From the human T2T-CHM13v2.0 reference genome, Homo sapiens, in NCBI RefSeq assembly GCF_009914755.1, contig NC_060939.1: DNA of 64,000 nucleotides; one strand, written 5' to 3'. The notes beneath the pieces are model-generated. The model saw only the letters and a program-made list of their open reading frames with translations, searched no databases and was not told the origin of the DNA. A program made the translations under genes and the position numbers. Positions 62,623-64,000 of the stretch are shown in pieces. Numbering within the stretch: the stretch's first letter is position 1; each line of letters starts with the position of its first letter.

Positions 62623-63421
62623 TGAGACAGGAAGGGGACAGGGAAGTGCTGGGTAGAGAAAGGTAGAGTCCCTGGCGAGGGCTCCACCCTTGGGCCTGTG
62701 CCCATGGACCTAAGTGAGAACAGGCACTCCTATTTTCATGCCCAAATGTTGCATTTTCCAAGCCCAGTCTGGCCTGCCATGCCCCCATCCTGTGCCCATA
62801 TAAACCCGAGACCTTAAGCGTACAAGACACAAGTGGCTGGACGTTGAGAGGAGCAGAGGAACACACCAGCAGACACTGGCAAACCAGTGACTACGGAACG
62901 ATGCAGATGCGAAGGTGAGTTCAGCCAGAGGCAGTCAGAGGACAGTTCAGCCACTGGGCAGCCTGACTCCAGGGGAAGACCACCTTCCCACTCCATCCCC
63001 GTTCCAGCTCCCCATCCATCTCACTGAGAGCTACCTCTACCACTCAATAAAACCTTGCACTCATCCTCCAAGCCAACATGTGATTCGATTCTTCTGGTAT
63101 ACCAGGGCAAGAACCCAGGATACAGAAAGCCCTCTGCCCTTGTCATAAGGCAGAGGGTCTCATTGAGCTGATTAACACAAGCCGCCAGCAGACGGCAAAG
63201 CTGAAAGAGCACACTGGAACACTCCCACTTGGGATTTGGGAGTTGTAAACACTCACCCTTAGACACTGCCATGGGATCAGAGCCCAAAAGCACTCCCCAT
63301 GGCCTCTGCACCTGCTCATCTGCCTGCCCCCTCTAGGGGTTTGAGCAGGGAAGCACTGAAGAAGTGAGCCGTACCCTTGTCACACGTCCTTCAAGGGCGA
63401 TAAGGGAAATCTCCCATTCCA
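62623..63421 (+). mobile_element. ERV1 solo LTR, MER50/MER50B-like (about 800 bp)
   Basis: TG...CA ends; cagggaagtgctgggtagagaa...ccctggcgagggctccaccc; TATA-like catataaaccc near 62797-62807; AATAAA near 63046; flanking ctt on both sides. Confidence 0.8.
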
Positions 63422-63502
63422 CTTTGTTTCCTGAAAACCATAATCCTGAGTCACCTGACCTAACAGTGAGAGTTGATCTCATCCCAAACATACTCTAAAT
63501 CA

Positions 63503-64000
63503 CAGCTCTCAAACTTTTTCTCAGCTCCCCTTTACGGCCTTAAAAATAGTTTAACTTTTCTTATGTGAGTTATAGCTATTGATAATGAACATATTAGAAA
63601 TCAACACTGAAAAGTAAATATTTACTTATTAATTCACTTTCAAAAATAAAAAACATGCTATTACTAATTATGTTAACATAAGTATCACATTTTATAACAA
63701 ATAACTATATTCTCAAACAAATTAGTGAGAAGAGTGGTATTGTTTAAATTTGTAATATCTGGATGAAGGGAAGACAGGTGGATTCTCATATTCTCATAGG
63801 AAGACAGTCATCCTATTGTAATCTGTTGTTTTGGCTAAAGTATATGCAGAAAATTTGGCCTCACACAGACAAGTGGTTAAAACAGGAAGAAGAAACTTAA
63901 TAGCCTATTCAGATAATTGGACAGTCTTCTTTGATACTACACCAAAACTTAACAGGGGTGGTTTCCTACAGGTTAACTGTTAAGTGAAACCTGTAATCAA
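63503..64000 (-). mobile_element. Charlie1-family hAT transposon end (runs out of the window)
   Basis: cagctctcaaacttttt...cccctttac...cttaaaaat...catattagaaat resembles the reverse of the Charlie1 terminus as recalled. Confidence 0.7.

Overview
Primate (human-like) genomic DNA: AT-rich, CpG-poor and dense in repeats. The only coding sequence I can support is seven short minus-strand exons with GT-AG boundaries and consistent phases. They splice into one continuous open frame of about 293 codons ([21 protein letters not shown]...[13 protein letters not shown]), which I recognise from memory as the middle of FSIP1 (fibrous sheath-interacting protein 1, human 15q14), probably exons 4-10. The start and stop codons lie outside the window. 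The rest is intron: Alus, L1/L2/MIR fragments, MaLR/ERVL/ERV1 solo LTRs, hAT and Tigger DNA-transposon fossils, and microsatellites. Repeat family names were assigned by eye and need RepeatMasker/Dfam confirmation. Almost all ORFs in the supplied track are repeat-derived or chance. I found no convincing new multi-gene system. The unexplained structure is: (1) three short dispersed direct duplications that I do not recognise as repeats, one of which copies the exon-9 splice-acceptor region together with a consensus DR2 nuclear-receptor motif; (2) an antisense ERV1 LTR with a TATA box and a strong donor; (3) an L1 with an apparent short 3' transduction; (4) a palindrome cluster; (5) G-quadruplex motifs.
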